Source of the DNA: Chthoniobacteraceae bacterium
Lineage (GTDB): Bacteria; Verrucomicrobiota; Verrucomicrobiia; Chthoniobacterales; Chthoniobacteraceae
NCBI GenBank assembly: GCA_031409655.1
Contig: JANNXQ010000219.1
Coordinates: 1-18,570, forward strand
Direction of reading: 5' to 3'
DNA length: 18,570 nt
Below are positions 1 to 8,389 of this stretch, one piece after another (position 1 is the stretch's first letter; each line of letters begins with the position of its first letter). Below the pieces are notes generated by a model. The model was not told the DNA's origin. It ran no database searches and was given only the letters and a program-made list of their open reading frames with translations. The position numbers were made by a program, and so were the translations under genes.

Positions 1-1
1 T

Positions 2-2614
2 TCGTCCGGCAACAGCGGCGGCGCGAACAATCCGTGGATCGCGGAAATCGGCGACACGACCGGCACGGTGCCCGCCAACAAGAACAACATCAGTGGCGCG
101 TGGCAGGCGGGCTTCTTTATCCGCGTGACGAATAACAACAACACGGCGGCACTCACGCTGCCGGGGCTGACGCCAACCTCCGGGGCGACGGCGGCGCAGG
201 TGAATACGTTCGTCCAGAATGCCAATACGCTGCCGGCGAGTTCCGTCGGCACGGCTCTCGGAACGGCCGGCATCAACGGCGGTTCACCACTACCGCTGCT
301 CTTTGCACCGGGCGGTGTGGAAGCGAAACTCCCGGACAGGGCGGGCGTCCCGTCGGAATCATCCGACTGGTCGCCAGAGGCGGCTTGTTCCATCCTGTCC
401 GCTGCGGCGGGCGCGACACTCACCCAGCCCGATCTCGACTCCATTGTTTCCATGGCGACCGCGCGCTGGGCGGCGAGTGGATTAACGGACGAACAGCTCG
501 CCACGTTGCGCAGTTTGAAATTTGAAGTCGCCGACCTGCCCGGCTGGTATCTCGGCGAGGCGGGTGGCGACCGCATCCGCGTGGATAGCGACGCGGCTGG
601 GAATGGGTGGTTCATCGATGCCGTAGCGGCGACGCCCTCATCGCCGGTAGTTCGCGCGGCGCCCTCGCCGCGTGATGCCGCCCCGACTGGCGGCGAGGCG
701 CTGCCGGAACAACCGGCGACGGGGGCGCCGCTGCTACGCGCCTCCGGCCGCATCGACCTACTCACCGCGATCCTGCACGAGATGGGTCACGCCCTCGGCC
801 TGTGCGACACCTACGCCGAGCAGGACCGCGACCGGCTGATGTATGGCTTTCTCACCAAAGGCGAACGCCGCCTGCCCACGCCGCGCGACGCCGCTGCCGC
901 CACGGTGCTCGGCGGAGCGCCGCACGCGCACCCGCATTTCCTCGGCACGCCGCTGAACATAGGCGACCTGCCCGCAGGCAAGACGGTGACGATTACTTAC
1001 GTGGTCACGATCAACGCCGGGACGACCGCCATTTCCACTTCCAGCCAGGGCACCGTCTCCGGCACCAACATCGCGAATAAGCTGACGAGTGATCCGCAAC
1101 CCGGCACTCCCGCTGGCGACGACGCCACGATCACGCCGATCCATCAGCCGCCCGTGGTCGTCAACGTCGGCCCGCACGGCGTGAACGAAGATGCCGTCCT
1201 CACCTTTGCCGCCGGCAATTTCACCCCCGGCTTCAGCGATCCAAATGGGGACGCGATCGCCTCGGTGATCGTCACGTCCCTGCCGGCCAATGGCGTGCTC
1301 AAGAACAGCGGGACCACGATTACGACGATGCCGGTCATCTTTGCCATCGCAAACATCGGCAACCTCACCTATGTGCCGAACTTGAATTACAACGGCGCGG
1401 ACAGCTTCGGCTGGAATGCCTCCGATGGCACCCTCGTCGCCGTGAGCACCGCGACGGTGAACCTCACGGTCAATCCGGTGAACGACAAACCGACCTTCAC
1501 CGCCGCCAACCCGCCCGCGGTGAATGAAGATGCCGGCGCGCAGTCCGTCGCCGGCTGGGTGACCAACTTCACTCCCGGTCCGGCGAATGAATCGGCCCAG
1601 ACCGTGCTCGCCTACGCGGTTAGTAACGTGAGCAACCCCGCGCTCTTCTCCGCCGGCCCGAGCGTCGCCGCCAACGGCACACTCACTTACACCCCCGCGG
1701 CGAACGCGAATGGCACCTCGACCTTCCAGGTGCGCGTGCAGGATAACGGCGGCACCGCGCTCGGCGGCATCGACACGTCAGACCCGCTGACTTTCACCAT
1801 CACCGTGAACGCGGTGAACGACGTGCCGGTGATCACCGGCCAGAACGGCGTCTCGACGGCTGAAGAAACCCCGCGCGCGATCGTCCTCGCGGACCTCCTC
1901 GTGACGGACGTGGACAACGCAGGGTATCCCGCCGGCTTCACGCTCACCGCTGCCAACGGCACGAACTACACTCGCAGCGGCAATACCATCACGCCCGTGC
2001 TCAACTTCAACGGCACGCTGACCGTGCCCGTCACCGTGACGGACCCATCCGCTGGCGTGAGCACCTCGTTCAACCTCAGCGTGAGCGTGACGCCCGTGAA
2101 CGATGCGCCCGTCATCACCGGCCAGGCTGCGCTCTCCACCGCGTTCAACACCGCGCGCTCCATCGCGCTCGCCGACTTACTGGTCACCGACCCGGATAAC
2201 ACGTATCCGACCGGCTTCACCCTCACCGTCAGCAATGGCACCAACTACACGCGCGTCGGCAACACCATCACCCCCGCGCTCAACTTCGTCGGCACACTGA
2301 GCGTGCCGGCGAAAGTCAACGACGGCCTCGCCGACAGCAATACCTTCAACCTCGTGGTGACGGTGAACCCCAGTCTGCTCGCCGCGCAGAATGGATCGAG
2401 CATCGCGCCCGAACCCGGCGGCGGTTACCGGATCAGCTTCCTCGGCAACCCCGGCCAGACCTACACGATCCAGTTCACCGCGACCCTCGTGCTCGGACCC
2501 ATCCCGTGGCAATTCCTCGGCACCCGCACTGCCGACGCGAATGGCCGCTACAGTATCGTGGACATCCCGCCCCCCGGGACGCTCGTGCGTTTCTACCGCT
2601 CGATCTTCCCGTAG
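2..2614 (+). CDS. Large surface/secreted protein, 5' partial: Zn-metalloprotease (matrixin/metzincin-like) domain, DUF11-like domain, four Ig/cadherin-like repeats, C-terminal RFYR domain
   Basis: Frame is open from base 2, so the true start lies left of the window. Contains DAAGNGWFID...DLLTAILHEMGHALGLCD and a Met-turn-like LMYG, then IGDLPAGKTVTITYVVTI, repeated VNDxP...NED / YxPxxNxNG units, and ends RFYRSIFP-TAG. Confidence 0.85.
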   Translation, partial: SSGNSGGANNPWIAEIGDTTGTVPANKNNISGAWQAGFFIRVTNNNNTAALTLPGLTPTSGATAAQVNTFVQNANTLPASSVGTALGTAGINGGSPLPLLFAPGGVEAKLPDRAGVPSESSDWSPEAACSILSAAAGATLTQPDLDSIVSMATARWAASGLTDEQLATLRSLKFEVADLPGWYLGEAGGDRIRVDSDAAGNGWFIDAVAATPSSPVVRAAPSPRDAAPTGGEALPEQPATGAPLLRASGRIDLLTAILHEMGHALGLCDTYAEQDRDRLMYGFLTKGERRLPTPRDAAAATVLGGAPHAHPHFLGTPLNIGDLPAGKTVTITYVVTINAGTTAISTSSQGTVSGTNIANKLTSDPQPGTPAGDDATITPIHQPPVVVNVGPHGVNEDAVLTFAAGNFTPGFSDPNGDAIASVIVTSLPANGVLKNSGTTITTMPVIFAIANIGNLTYVPNLNYNGADSFGWNASDGTLVAVSTATVNLTVNPVNDKPTFTAANPPAVNEDAGAQSVAGWVTNFTPGPANESAQTVLAYAVSNVSNPALFSAGPSVAANGTLTYTPAANANGTSTFQVRVQDNGGTALGGIDTSDPLTFTITVNAVNDVPVITGQNGVSTAEETPRAIVLADLLVTDVDNAGYPAGFTLTAANGTNYTRSGNTITPVLNFNGTLTVPVTVTDPSAGVSTSFNLSVSVTPVNDAPVITGQAALSTAFNTARSIALADLLVTDPDNTYPTGFTLTVSNGTNYTRVGNTITPALNFVGTLSVPAKVNDGLADSNTFNLVVTVNPSLLAAQNGSSIAPEPGGGYRISFLGNPGQTYTIQFTATLVLGPIPWQFLGTRTADANGRYSIVDIPPPGTLVRFYRSIFP
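623..737. repeat. 115-bp imperfect palindrome (GTAG...CTAC, REPIN-like) inside the coding sequence
   Basis: GTAGCGGCGACGCCCTCATCGCCGGT (623-648) vs ACCGGCGACGGGGGCGCCGCTGCTAC (712-737) match 22/26 as an inverted repeat. Pairing continues inward (GCGGCGCCCTCGCCGC / GCGGCGAGGCGCTGC). Confidence 0.8.
1148..2614 (+). repeat. Copy 1 of a ~1.46 kb paralogous segment, inverted relative to 14639..16099
   Basis: Translations are colinear from PPVVVNV / PPTVSNV to the stop: 70/73 identical residues in the DVDNAGYP...VITGQ block and 71/78 in the terminal domain (counted by hand). Confidence 0.95.
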
Positions 2615-2737
2615 CGCTGGACTGGCTGCAAAGACGGCACTCGACGATGCGATGTCACCCAGCTTGCCATGGCTAGCACAGCGTGAACACGGCCGGAAGA
2701 AAGTCTTCCTCGCCGCCACCGATCGCTGCTGCTGACC

Positions 2738-2759
2738 GGGGACGCGACATTCCTGTCGC
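2738..2759. repeat. Single REP-like palindrome
   Basis: GGGGAC followed by the perfect hairpin GCGACA-TTCC-TGTCGC in the intergenic region. Confidence 0.45.
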
Positions 2760-2884
2760 CGAACCACCGGCATTCGCGCGGCGGCAAACTTCCCCGGGGC
2801 ACCGCTCCGGCACCACGCGTCAGGATATTCTCTCCACTTCGCTCGCTTGCCCCCATCTGCGCCTGCGGCTAAACCCAGCCGCCG

Positions 2885-4162
2885 ATGGCCTACAACGTCG
2901 CCGCGATCATCCTCATCGTCCTGACCTTGGTCGCATGGGCCATGGCCGACCGCCGCGCACGCGTCCTCCCGCGCCTGATCCCGCGGCGCACCGCGCGATT
3001 CCTCTTCGCCGTTTTCTTCCTCGGGATGGCGCTCTATCCACTCGTGCCGCTCTCGCGTTCAATCCGAGGCACCGAACCCGCCGGGCTGCCCGCGATCTGG
3101 GCCACTGCGGCCTACCTTTGGCTGCCGATCGTGCTGCCCGCCACGGTCGCCATCTGGATCAGCCTGCGAGCCATTCGCCGGGGCTACGCTTGGGCCTTCG
3201 GCAAAAAGCGCGATGGGCGTTTTCACCGGGACTCCATCGTCGGAAAGGACGTTGCGCCCGGCTCCGCGCCGATGCTCTCCCGCCGCCAGGCCTTCCAACT
3301 CGCCGGCGCTGCGCTTCCGCCCTTCATCTGCGGCGGAGTCACGGCCGCCGCCATTGCCCAACGTGGGAATTTCCGCATCCGCCGCGTCCACTTATCCATT
3401 GCCTCCCTCCCGCCGGATCTCGATGGAATCACCCTCTGTCAGATCTCCGATCTCCACGCGGGCAACTTCTTTCCCACCCACGGCATCGCGCGGATCGCCG
3501 ACGCCGCCAATGCCCTCAAGACCGACCTCGTCGTTTTCACCGGCGATCTCATTGACCGCGGCCTGCTCGATCGCATCCCCGACGGCCTGCAACTCATCGA
3601 CCATCTCGACCGCCGCCACGGCTTCGCAATGATCGAAGGCAACCACGACGTCCAGCACGGCGCGCATTTATTCCAGCGGGCGATGCGCGAAAGAAACCTG
3701 CCCTTTCTGCTCGATGGCCAACTCGAGTGCCGCATCCCTGGCCGCGATACTCCGGTGCAATTTCTCGGCATCACCTGGGGCGATAAGAACCTCGACCTCG
3801 ACACGCCCACGACGGCCGACCCACTCGCGCCTCCGCGGATGAAAGGCACCGCCGCCTCCGTGCAAAGAGTCGCCGCGCTGCGGCGTGCCGACGCCTTCCC
3901 GATCCTGCTCGCGCATCACCCGCACGCCTGCGATCCCGCTGTTGAAGCCAGTCTCCCGCTCACCCTCGCGGGCCACGCCCATGGCGGCTAGGTCATGCTT
4001 ACGCCGCGGTTCGGCTTCGGCCCCCTGCGCTTCCGCTACTGGGCCGGCGAACACCAGCGCGATGGCAGCCACATGATCATCTCTAATGGCCTCGGCTCCT
4101 GGTTCCCGCTGCGCGTCAATGCCCCCGCCGAGATCCTGCACATCACCCTCCGCCGCGCGTGA
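2885..4162 (+). pseudogene. Membrane-anchored metallophosphoesterase (YkuE/YaeI-like) interrupted by an in-frame TAG at 3989-3991
   Basis: N-terminal TM helices; motifs SDLH, TGDLID, GNHD, LAHHP, GHAHGG*. The same frame continues after the TAG as VMLTPRFGFGPLRFRYWAG...ISNGLGSWFPLRVNAPAEILHITLRRA to TGA at 4160-4162, the typical C-terminus of the family. Confidence 0.8.
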
Positions 4163-4228
4163 GTAGAGAAAAAGTGGGAATTCTTTCCTCTCGCCTGCTC
4201 ACACCCGCACACGCGTGCTTTGCGGATG

Positions 4229-5218
4229 TCAGCCGCCGATCCAACGCAGCCCCACCTGAATCCAAAGCGGGATGGTGAGCAGCGCGATCGCGGTGGTCAC
4301 CAGGACGATGCGCAGCGACAGCGCAGGGTCGCCGCCGTAGTGCTTCGCCAAGATCACCGGGACCATGGCGCAGGGCATCGCGGCCTGCACGATGATGATC
4401 CGCCGGAGTTCGATGGGGCACGGCAGCCAGCGGGCGAGCGCGAGGAAACACAGCGGCAGCACGCCGAGTCGGAGCACGAGCGCGCCGAGCGAATCGGCGG
4501 TGCTGTTGCGCAGCGTCACGCCGCGCATTTCATCGGCGAAGGTCGCGCCGGTGAGCACGAGCGCGAGTGGCAGGCCCGCAAGGCCGAGGCCATGCACGGC
4601 ATTCAGGACGAAGGCCGGCAGCCATCCGCGCGCGCCGGTGAAGTGCAGGGCGACGGCGAGGACGATCGTGACGACGGGCGCATTCAGCAGATGCTTGCAG
4701 CGCGCGCGCAGGCCGCCCCTTTCACCTGCGGTCTTTTCGCCGCCGCTGATGAGCACGATCCCGACGGTCCAGAGCGCGACTTCCACGCCGAGATTGTGGA
4801 TGAAAAGCACGCCGCTGGTGCGGGCGTCGCCGGCGGGTTGATCGAAGAGTTTTTGGACGAGCGGCAGGGCGATGTAGCCGTAGTTGTACATCCCGGTCGT
4901 GAAGGCAAAAGTGCGGCGGGCGCGCGGGCTGCGGACTCCGAAGAGCGGCGCGGCGAGGTAGGTAAGCCCGTAGCCAAAGACGATGGTGCCGAAGCCGACC
5001 GCGGGCGCGAGCAGGAGATTGCCGGCGCTTTCCAGCGCGCGATTGCCGAGGATGGTGTCGAGGATCAGACATGGAAAAAGCAGGTTCACCACGACCCGCA
5101 GCAGACTCGCGTCCGCTTCTTCGGTGAGCCAACTGACGCGCCGCATCCCCCAGCCCGCAGCGATCATGACGAAGACGGGCCCGACCGCGGAGAGCAGGCT
5201 GAGGTAGGTGCCGTTCAC
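4229..5218 (-). CDS. AEC family (auxin efflux carrier / malate permease-like) transporter
   Basis: 329 aa, about 10 hydrophobic segments, motifs NLLFPCLI, YNYGYIALPL, QAAMPCA, AKHYGGD. Confidence 0.9.
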   Translation of the reverse strand: MNGTYLSLLSAVGPVFVMIAAGWGMRRVSWLTEEADASLLRVVVNLLFPCLILDTILGNRALESAGNLLLAPAVGFGTIVFGYGLTYLAAPLFGVRSPRARRTFAFTTGMYNYGYIALPLVQKLFDQPAGDARTSGVLFIHNLGVEVALWTVGIVLISGGEKTAGERGGLRARCKHLLNAPVVTIVLAVALHFTGARGWLPAFVLNAVHGLGLAGLPLALVLTGATFADEMRGVTLRNSTADSLGALVLRLGVLPLCFLALARWLPCPIELRRIIIVQAAMPCAMVPVILAKHYGGDPALSLRIVLVTTAIALLTIPLWIQVGLRWIGG

Positions 5219-5271
5219 GCGGAAGTGGCTCGCGGGAATGCCGGGACGGGCGTTGCGTTTTCAGCGGCCAC

Positions 5272-5766
5272 TCAATCCTCCGACTTCCGATTCTCCGCAT
5301 TTAAGACCGGCCATTGCTTCGTGATGGCCACGATCTCCAGTTCGGTGAGGCCGCGCTGGATGGTGATGATGCCATCTTTCACCGTGCGATCGATGACCAT
5401 GTCGATCACCTGATGCGTGCCCGCCTTCGTGCTGACAAACGCGACCAGCGACGATCCGCGGCGCTCCGTGCTGACCACGTCGAGATTCACGCGCCCGCTC
5501 GCGTCCAACTTAAACGCGCAGCCCATCGTGCCGTCGGCGGTGCGGAAGGGATAAATCGCTTTGATGTTCCGTTCGCTGACCGCCGGGATCTTTTCGATGA
5601 AGGTCGAGCGTTTCGGATTACGGAGCTCTATCGGGGTGGCGAAGCGCTCGGTGTCGTTGCGATTTGCCTCGGCGAAGAAGCGCACCTGGACGGGGTACTC
5701 CTTGCGCTGAAATCCGAGACAGCCGAAGGCGAGAAGCAGGAGAGCCGTGAGGCGGACGTGGTGCAT
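5272..5766 (-). CDS. Small secreted hypothetical protein, possibly SecDF head-subdomain-like
   Basis: Start chosen at ATG 5766 (MHHVRLTALLLLAFGCLG, signal-like). The body (IEKIPAVSERNI...CAFKLDASGRVNLDVVSTERRGSSLV...IDRTVKDGIITI) resembles the SecD/SecF periplasmic head pattern. Confidence 0.6.
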   Translation of the reverse strand: MHHVRLTALLLLAFGCLGFQRKEYPVQVRFFAEANRNDTERFATPIELRNPKRSTFIEKIPAVSERNIKAIYPFRTADGTMGCAFKLDASGRVNLDVVSTERRGSSLVAFVSTKAGTHQVIDMVIDRTVKDGIITIQRGLTELEIVAITKQWPVLNAENRKSED

Positions 5767-5832
5767 GGCGGCGAGTCTTGGAGATGGGGGAACGATTTGC
5801 AAACTGCGACGCAGGTCGATAGACCACCGCTG

Positions 5833-6369
5833 ATGAAGCATGTCCTCCCTACTGCGCTCGCCTTTGCCCTCGCCATCTCGTCCCTGCAAGGGGCAGACGG
5901 AACGGCAAAGGAAGAGCAAAAAGGTGCGGGTCCGGTGAACTGGCTGTGGCGGCACATTCCGGTGCCGAAATTTGGCGGGAAGGAAAAGGGCGCGCCGCAG
6001 TGGAACGATTTGAAAATCGTCCTCGAAGTGAAACCGGCGAATCCGAGCCTCACGGAAGTGAAGCGACTCGAAGTGGCGATCCGCCTGACGAATCAAGGCC
6101 GCAAGCTTGTGCAGCTCGAGTTTCCGACTTCGCAGCGGATCGAGGTGCTGGTGAAAAATTCATCCGGCAAGGTCATCCTGAAGTGGTCCGAGGATCAACC
6201 GGTGAGCGACGAGCCGACCGTGGTGACGCTGAATCCGGGCGAGCGATTGGAGTATCTCGCCGCGATCCCCACGCGCGATATGGCGCTGGATCAGCGGTAC
6301 ACGATCGACGGCTTCTTTCCCCGCTACGAGCAACTGCGCGCTGCGCAGACGATCACGCCGCGGAAGTAG
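5833..6369 (+). CDS. Secreted protein with BsuPI-like (proteinase inhibitor, Ig-like) domain
   Basis: Start at ATG 5833 gives signal peptide MKHVLPTALAFALAISSLQG; motif LTNQG...LEFPTSQRIEVLVKNSSGKVILKWS...TLNPGE. Confidence 0.7.
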   Translation: MKHVLPTALAFALAISSLQGADGTAKEEQKGAGPVNWLWRHIPVPKFGGKEKGAPQWNDLKIVLEVKPANPSLTEVKRLEVAIRLTNQGRKLVQLEFPTSQRIEVLVKNSSGKVILKWSEDQPVSDEPTVVTLNPGERLEYLAAIPTRDMALDQRYTIDGFFPRYEQLRAAQTITPRK

Positions 6370-6374
6370 CCTCC

Positions 6375-6513
6375 GGGAGCGCCGCCGTCTCGTGCGGCTT
6401 TCCGCGGCCGCGCGGAGCCCCTTGCTCAGGGGAGCTGATCGCGTTTGCGCGGCAAACTTAAAAATGGCGCAGGGCGCGTTGGTCTCGTGGCCGCACGGGA
6501 CGGCGGCGGTCCC
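6375..6513. repeat. REPIN-like inverted doublet between convergent genes
   Basis: GGGAGCGCCGCCGTCTCGTGCGGC (6375-6398) and GCCGCACGGGACGGCGGCGGTCCC (6490-6513) match 22/24 as an inverted repeat; each arm is itself partly palindromic. Confidence 0.8.
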
Positions 6514-6515
6514 AG

Positions 6516-8225
6516 CTAATCGCGCTGCGGAAGCACGCTCGGAACGGGCTTGGCGGCGAACTCCGCCGCAGCCGCTTCGAAGGTCGAGGCAGGCGCTGCG
6601 GGTTGAGTTTCCACCGGCACCTGCTGGCTCACCGCTTCCGGCGCAGCGGACGCGGTCTCGGGAGCAGCTACCGGAGCGGCTTCCGTTGGCCCGCCAGCTT
6701 CCGTCTGCACCGGTGCTTCCGGCTCCGTTCGCGCGGCGGCGGTCGGCGCGCTCTCGGGCTCGGCGACGGCCGCAGCGGCTTCGGCCTGCATGTCGGCTTC
6801 CGGCTCCGCGCTGGCGGCGGGGTGCGCGGACTTTGGCGGGAGCGGGAGCTCGAGCGCGCCTTCGGAAAACTCGATGACGTGGCCAGCGAGGATCAGGTAA
6901 TGGAGATCGGAGGCGAGCGCGGCTTTGCGCGGCTCGAGGTCCGGCGAATCGTGCTGCGCACCGAGGATCTTCGCGGCGAGCGCGGGCCGCTTCAGGCGCC
7001 CGTTTTCCTCGATCGCGATGAGGATGCTGGCGATGCCATCGGAGAAAGTTTCTCCGGCAGCGTGGCGCTGCGGCTTGTGCGCGCAGACGAAGAGCAAGCG
7101 TTTGCGATGTTTGAAGAAGTGCAGCCCGGCCTCGACGAAGTAAGAGCGCAGATTGTTCACGAGTTGCTGGGGAAAAGGCCGCTCCGCCTCCCACGCTTCG
7201 CGCACCGCGCCGCTCACGTATCGATCCAGCCCCGCACGGCTCGCCGGGCCGCTGCAGACCAGCGAGGTCCCGCTCTTCACCAGCGTCGGCAGGTAGGTCT
7301 TGCGGAAGTGTTGTTCGACGTCCGCGAGGCTCGTGAAGGTCACCGGCTCGGCTTCTTTCACCGTCGAGTAGGTGGTCTTGGAGCGCGCCTGCTCCTTCCA
7401 GTCCGCCACGGCCTGTTCATTGTTCAGCACCTCGACTTCTTGCGACAGGAACTCCTGGTAGCTCATCCGCCGGCTGAAGGACTCTTCATACATGCGGCGG
7501 AGTGCGGGCTGATAGGCGTGGTAGTTCGTCGGCCCGAGGAAGGCACCCGTCGAGCGGCTGCGCGCGACGTTGGTGTAGTTGCCTTTGATCGGTTCACCCT
7601 GCACCGTTTCCTCGCTGTAATACTCAGCCCGCACTTCCTGAAAAGCACCCCGCTCGACGGCCCCGCGATCAAAGGAAATCGGTCCGTCGCCGATCTGAAA
7701 GAGCGGTGCGGCTTGGTCGGCGGAAGTGATCCGCACGGTGTGGCGCTCCGGGCGTTCGAGGAAAAGTTTCGCCGTCTGGAAGACCCCGAAGGCGCGGCCG
7801 CTCGATTTGATCTGGCGCGCGATGCCCGTCGCCGCAAGCGGCTCGGGGAAAAAATCCACCCGAAGCTCCGCCCGCGGAGTCGGCGCGGGGCGCGGCTCCC
7901 GGGGACGATCGTCAAACCGCCGGTCATCGCGCCGCGGTGGCCCGCCACCTTCGCGACGCGGCCCTCCCGGTCCACCCGGGCGTCCGCCCTGCGGGCCTCC
8001 GGGACGTGGTCCCCGGCGATCACCCTGCGGCGGGCGCGGGCCCCGACGGTCTCCCTGGCCAGGCCGGTCACCGCGAGGCGCGCGCGAGTCGCCGCCGCGA
8101 CGGTCTCCCCCGCGATCCCGGCTGCCAGTGTCGCCCTCGTAGTTGGCATAGCGATTTGGCCCCGGGGCTTCTTTCAGCCAGTCGGGCAAAAATTTCAGGT
8201 CAAACTCCAGGGGCGAATCGCTCAT
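6516..8225 (-). CDS. Hypothetical protein with RG/GP-rich N-terminal region, globular core and acidic Ala/Glu/Pro tail
   Basis: Long ORF (GTG 8246 or ATG 8225). N-terminal LKFLPDW, then GDRRGPRP repeats, a protein-like core, and a low-complexity AEPE tail. Confidence 0.8.
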   Translation of the reverse strand: MSDSPLEFDLKFLPDWLKEAPGPNRYANYEGDTGSRDRGGDRRGGDSRAPRGDRPGQGDRRGPRPPQGDRRGPRPGGPQGGRPGGPGGPRREGGGPPRRDDRRFDDRPREPRPAPTPRAELRVDFFPEPLAATGIARQIKSSGRAFGVFQTAKLFLERPERHTVRITSADQAAPLFQIGDGPISFDRGAVERGAFQEVRAEYYSEETVQGEPIKGNYTNVARSRSTGAFLGPTNYHAYQPALRRMYEESFSRRMSYQEFLSQEVEVLNNEQAVADWKEQARSKTTYSTVKEAEPVTFTSLADVEQHFRKTYLPTLVKSGTSLVCSGPASRAGLDRYVSGAVREAWEAERPFPQQLVNNLRSYFVEAGLHFFKHRKRLLFVCAHKPQRHAAGETFSDGIASILIAIEENGRLKRPALAAKILGAQHDSPDLEPRKAALASDLHYLILAGHVIEFSEGALELPLPPKSAHPAASAEPEADMQAEAAAAVAEPESAPTAAARTEPEAPVQTEAGGPTEAAPVAAPETASAAPEAVSQQVPVETQPAAPASTFEAAAAEFAAKPVPSVLPQRD

Positions 8226-8389
8226 GACACTGGTTAGTAACTCCACGGAAACACCGATGCGAGCGTTGAATTATGACGATTCCGCGGACGGCGAAGTTTC
8301 GTGAATAATTTGTTGCCATCCTCTGGCACCGTCACTAAAGCATCCCCTCCAATCAACCCAATCCATCACTGCCAAACACGCCCATTTCT

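Noticed and set aside
1148..2614. Diversity-generating retroelement TR/VR pair or shufflon explaining the duplicated 3' ends
   Set aside because: Both copies are coding, differences are not adenine-specific, and no reverse transcriptase or site-specific recombinase is present in the window.
2683..3555. 290-aa Arg/Pro-rich ORF
   Set aside because: Out-of-frame overlap with the metallophosphoesterase, with composition typical of a GC-rich off-frame translation.
3989..3991. Genome-wide TAG-to-Gln recoding or pyrrolysine
   Set aside because: TAG ends several genes at sensible C-termini (2614, 6369, 9185, 14550, 14639), and no pyl genes are in the window.
5314..6096. Long upstream extensions of the 5272 (-) and 6369 (+) ORFs
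   Set aside because: They overlap each other; internal ATGs at 5766 and 5833 give clean signal peptides and a 66-bp divergent gap.
8313..8341. Sigma-70 promoter for acpP (TTGCCA-N17-TAAAGC)
   Set aside because: The -35 is plausible but the -10 lacks the conserved final T; too weak to call.
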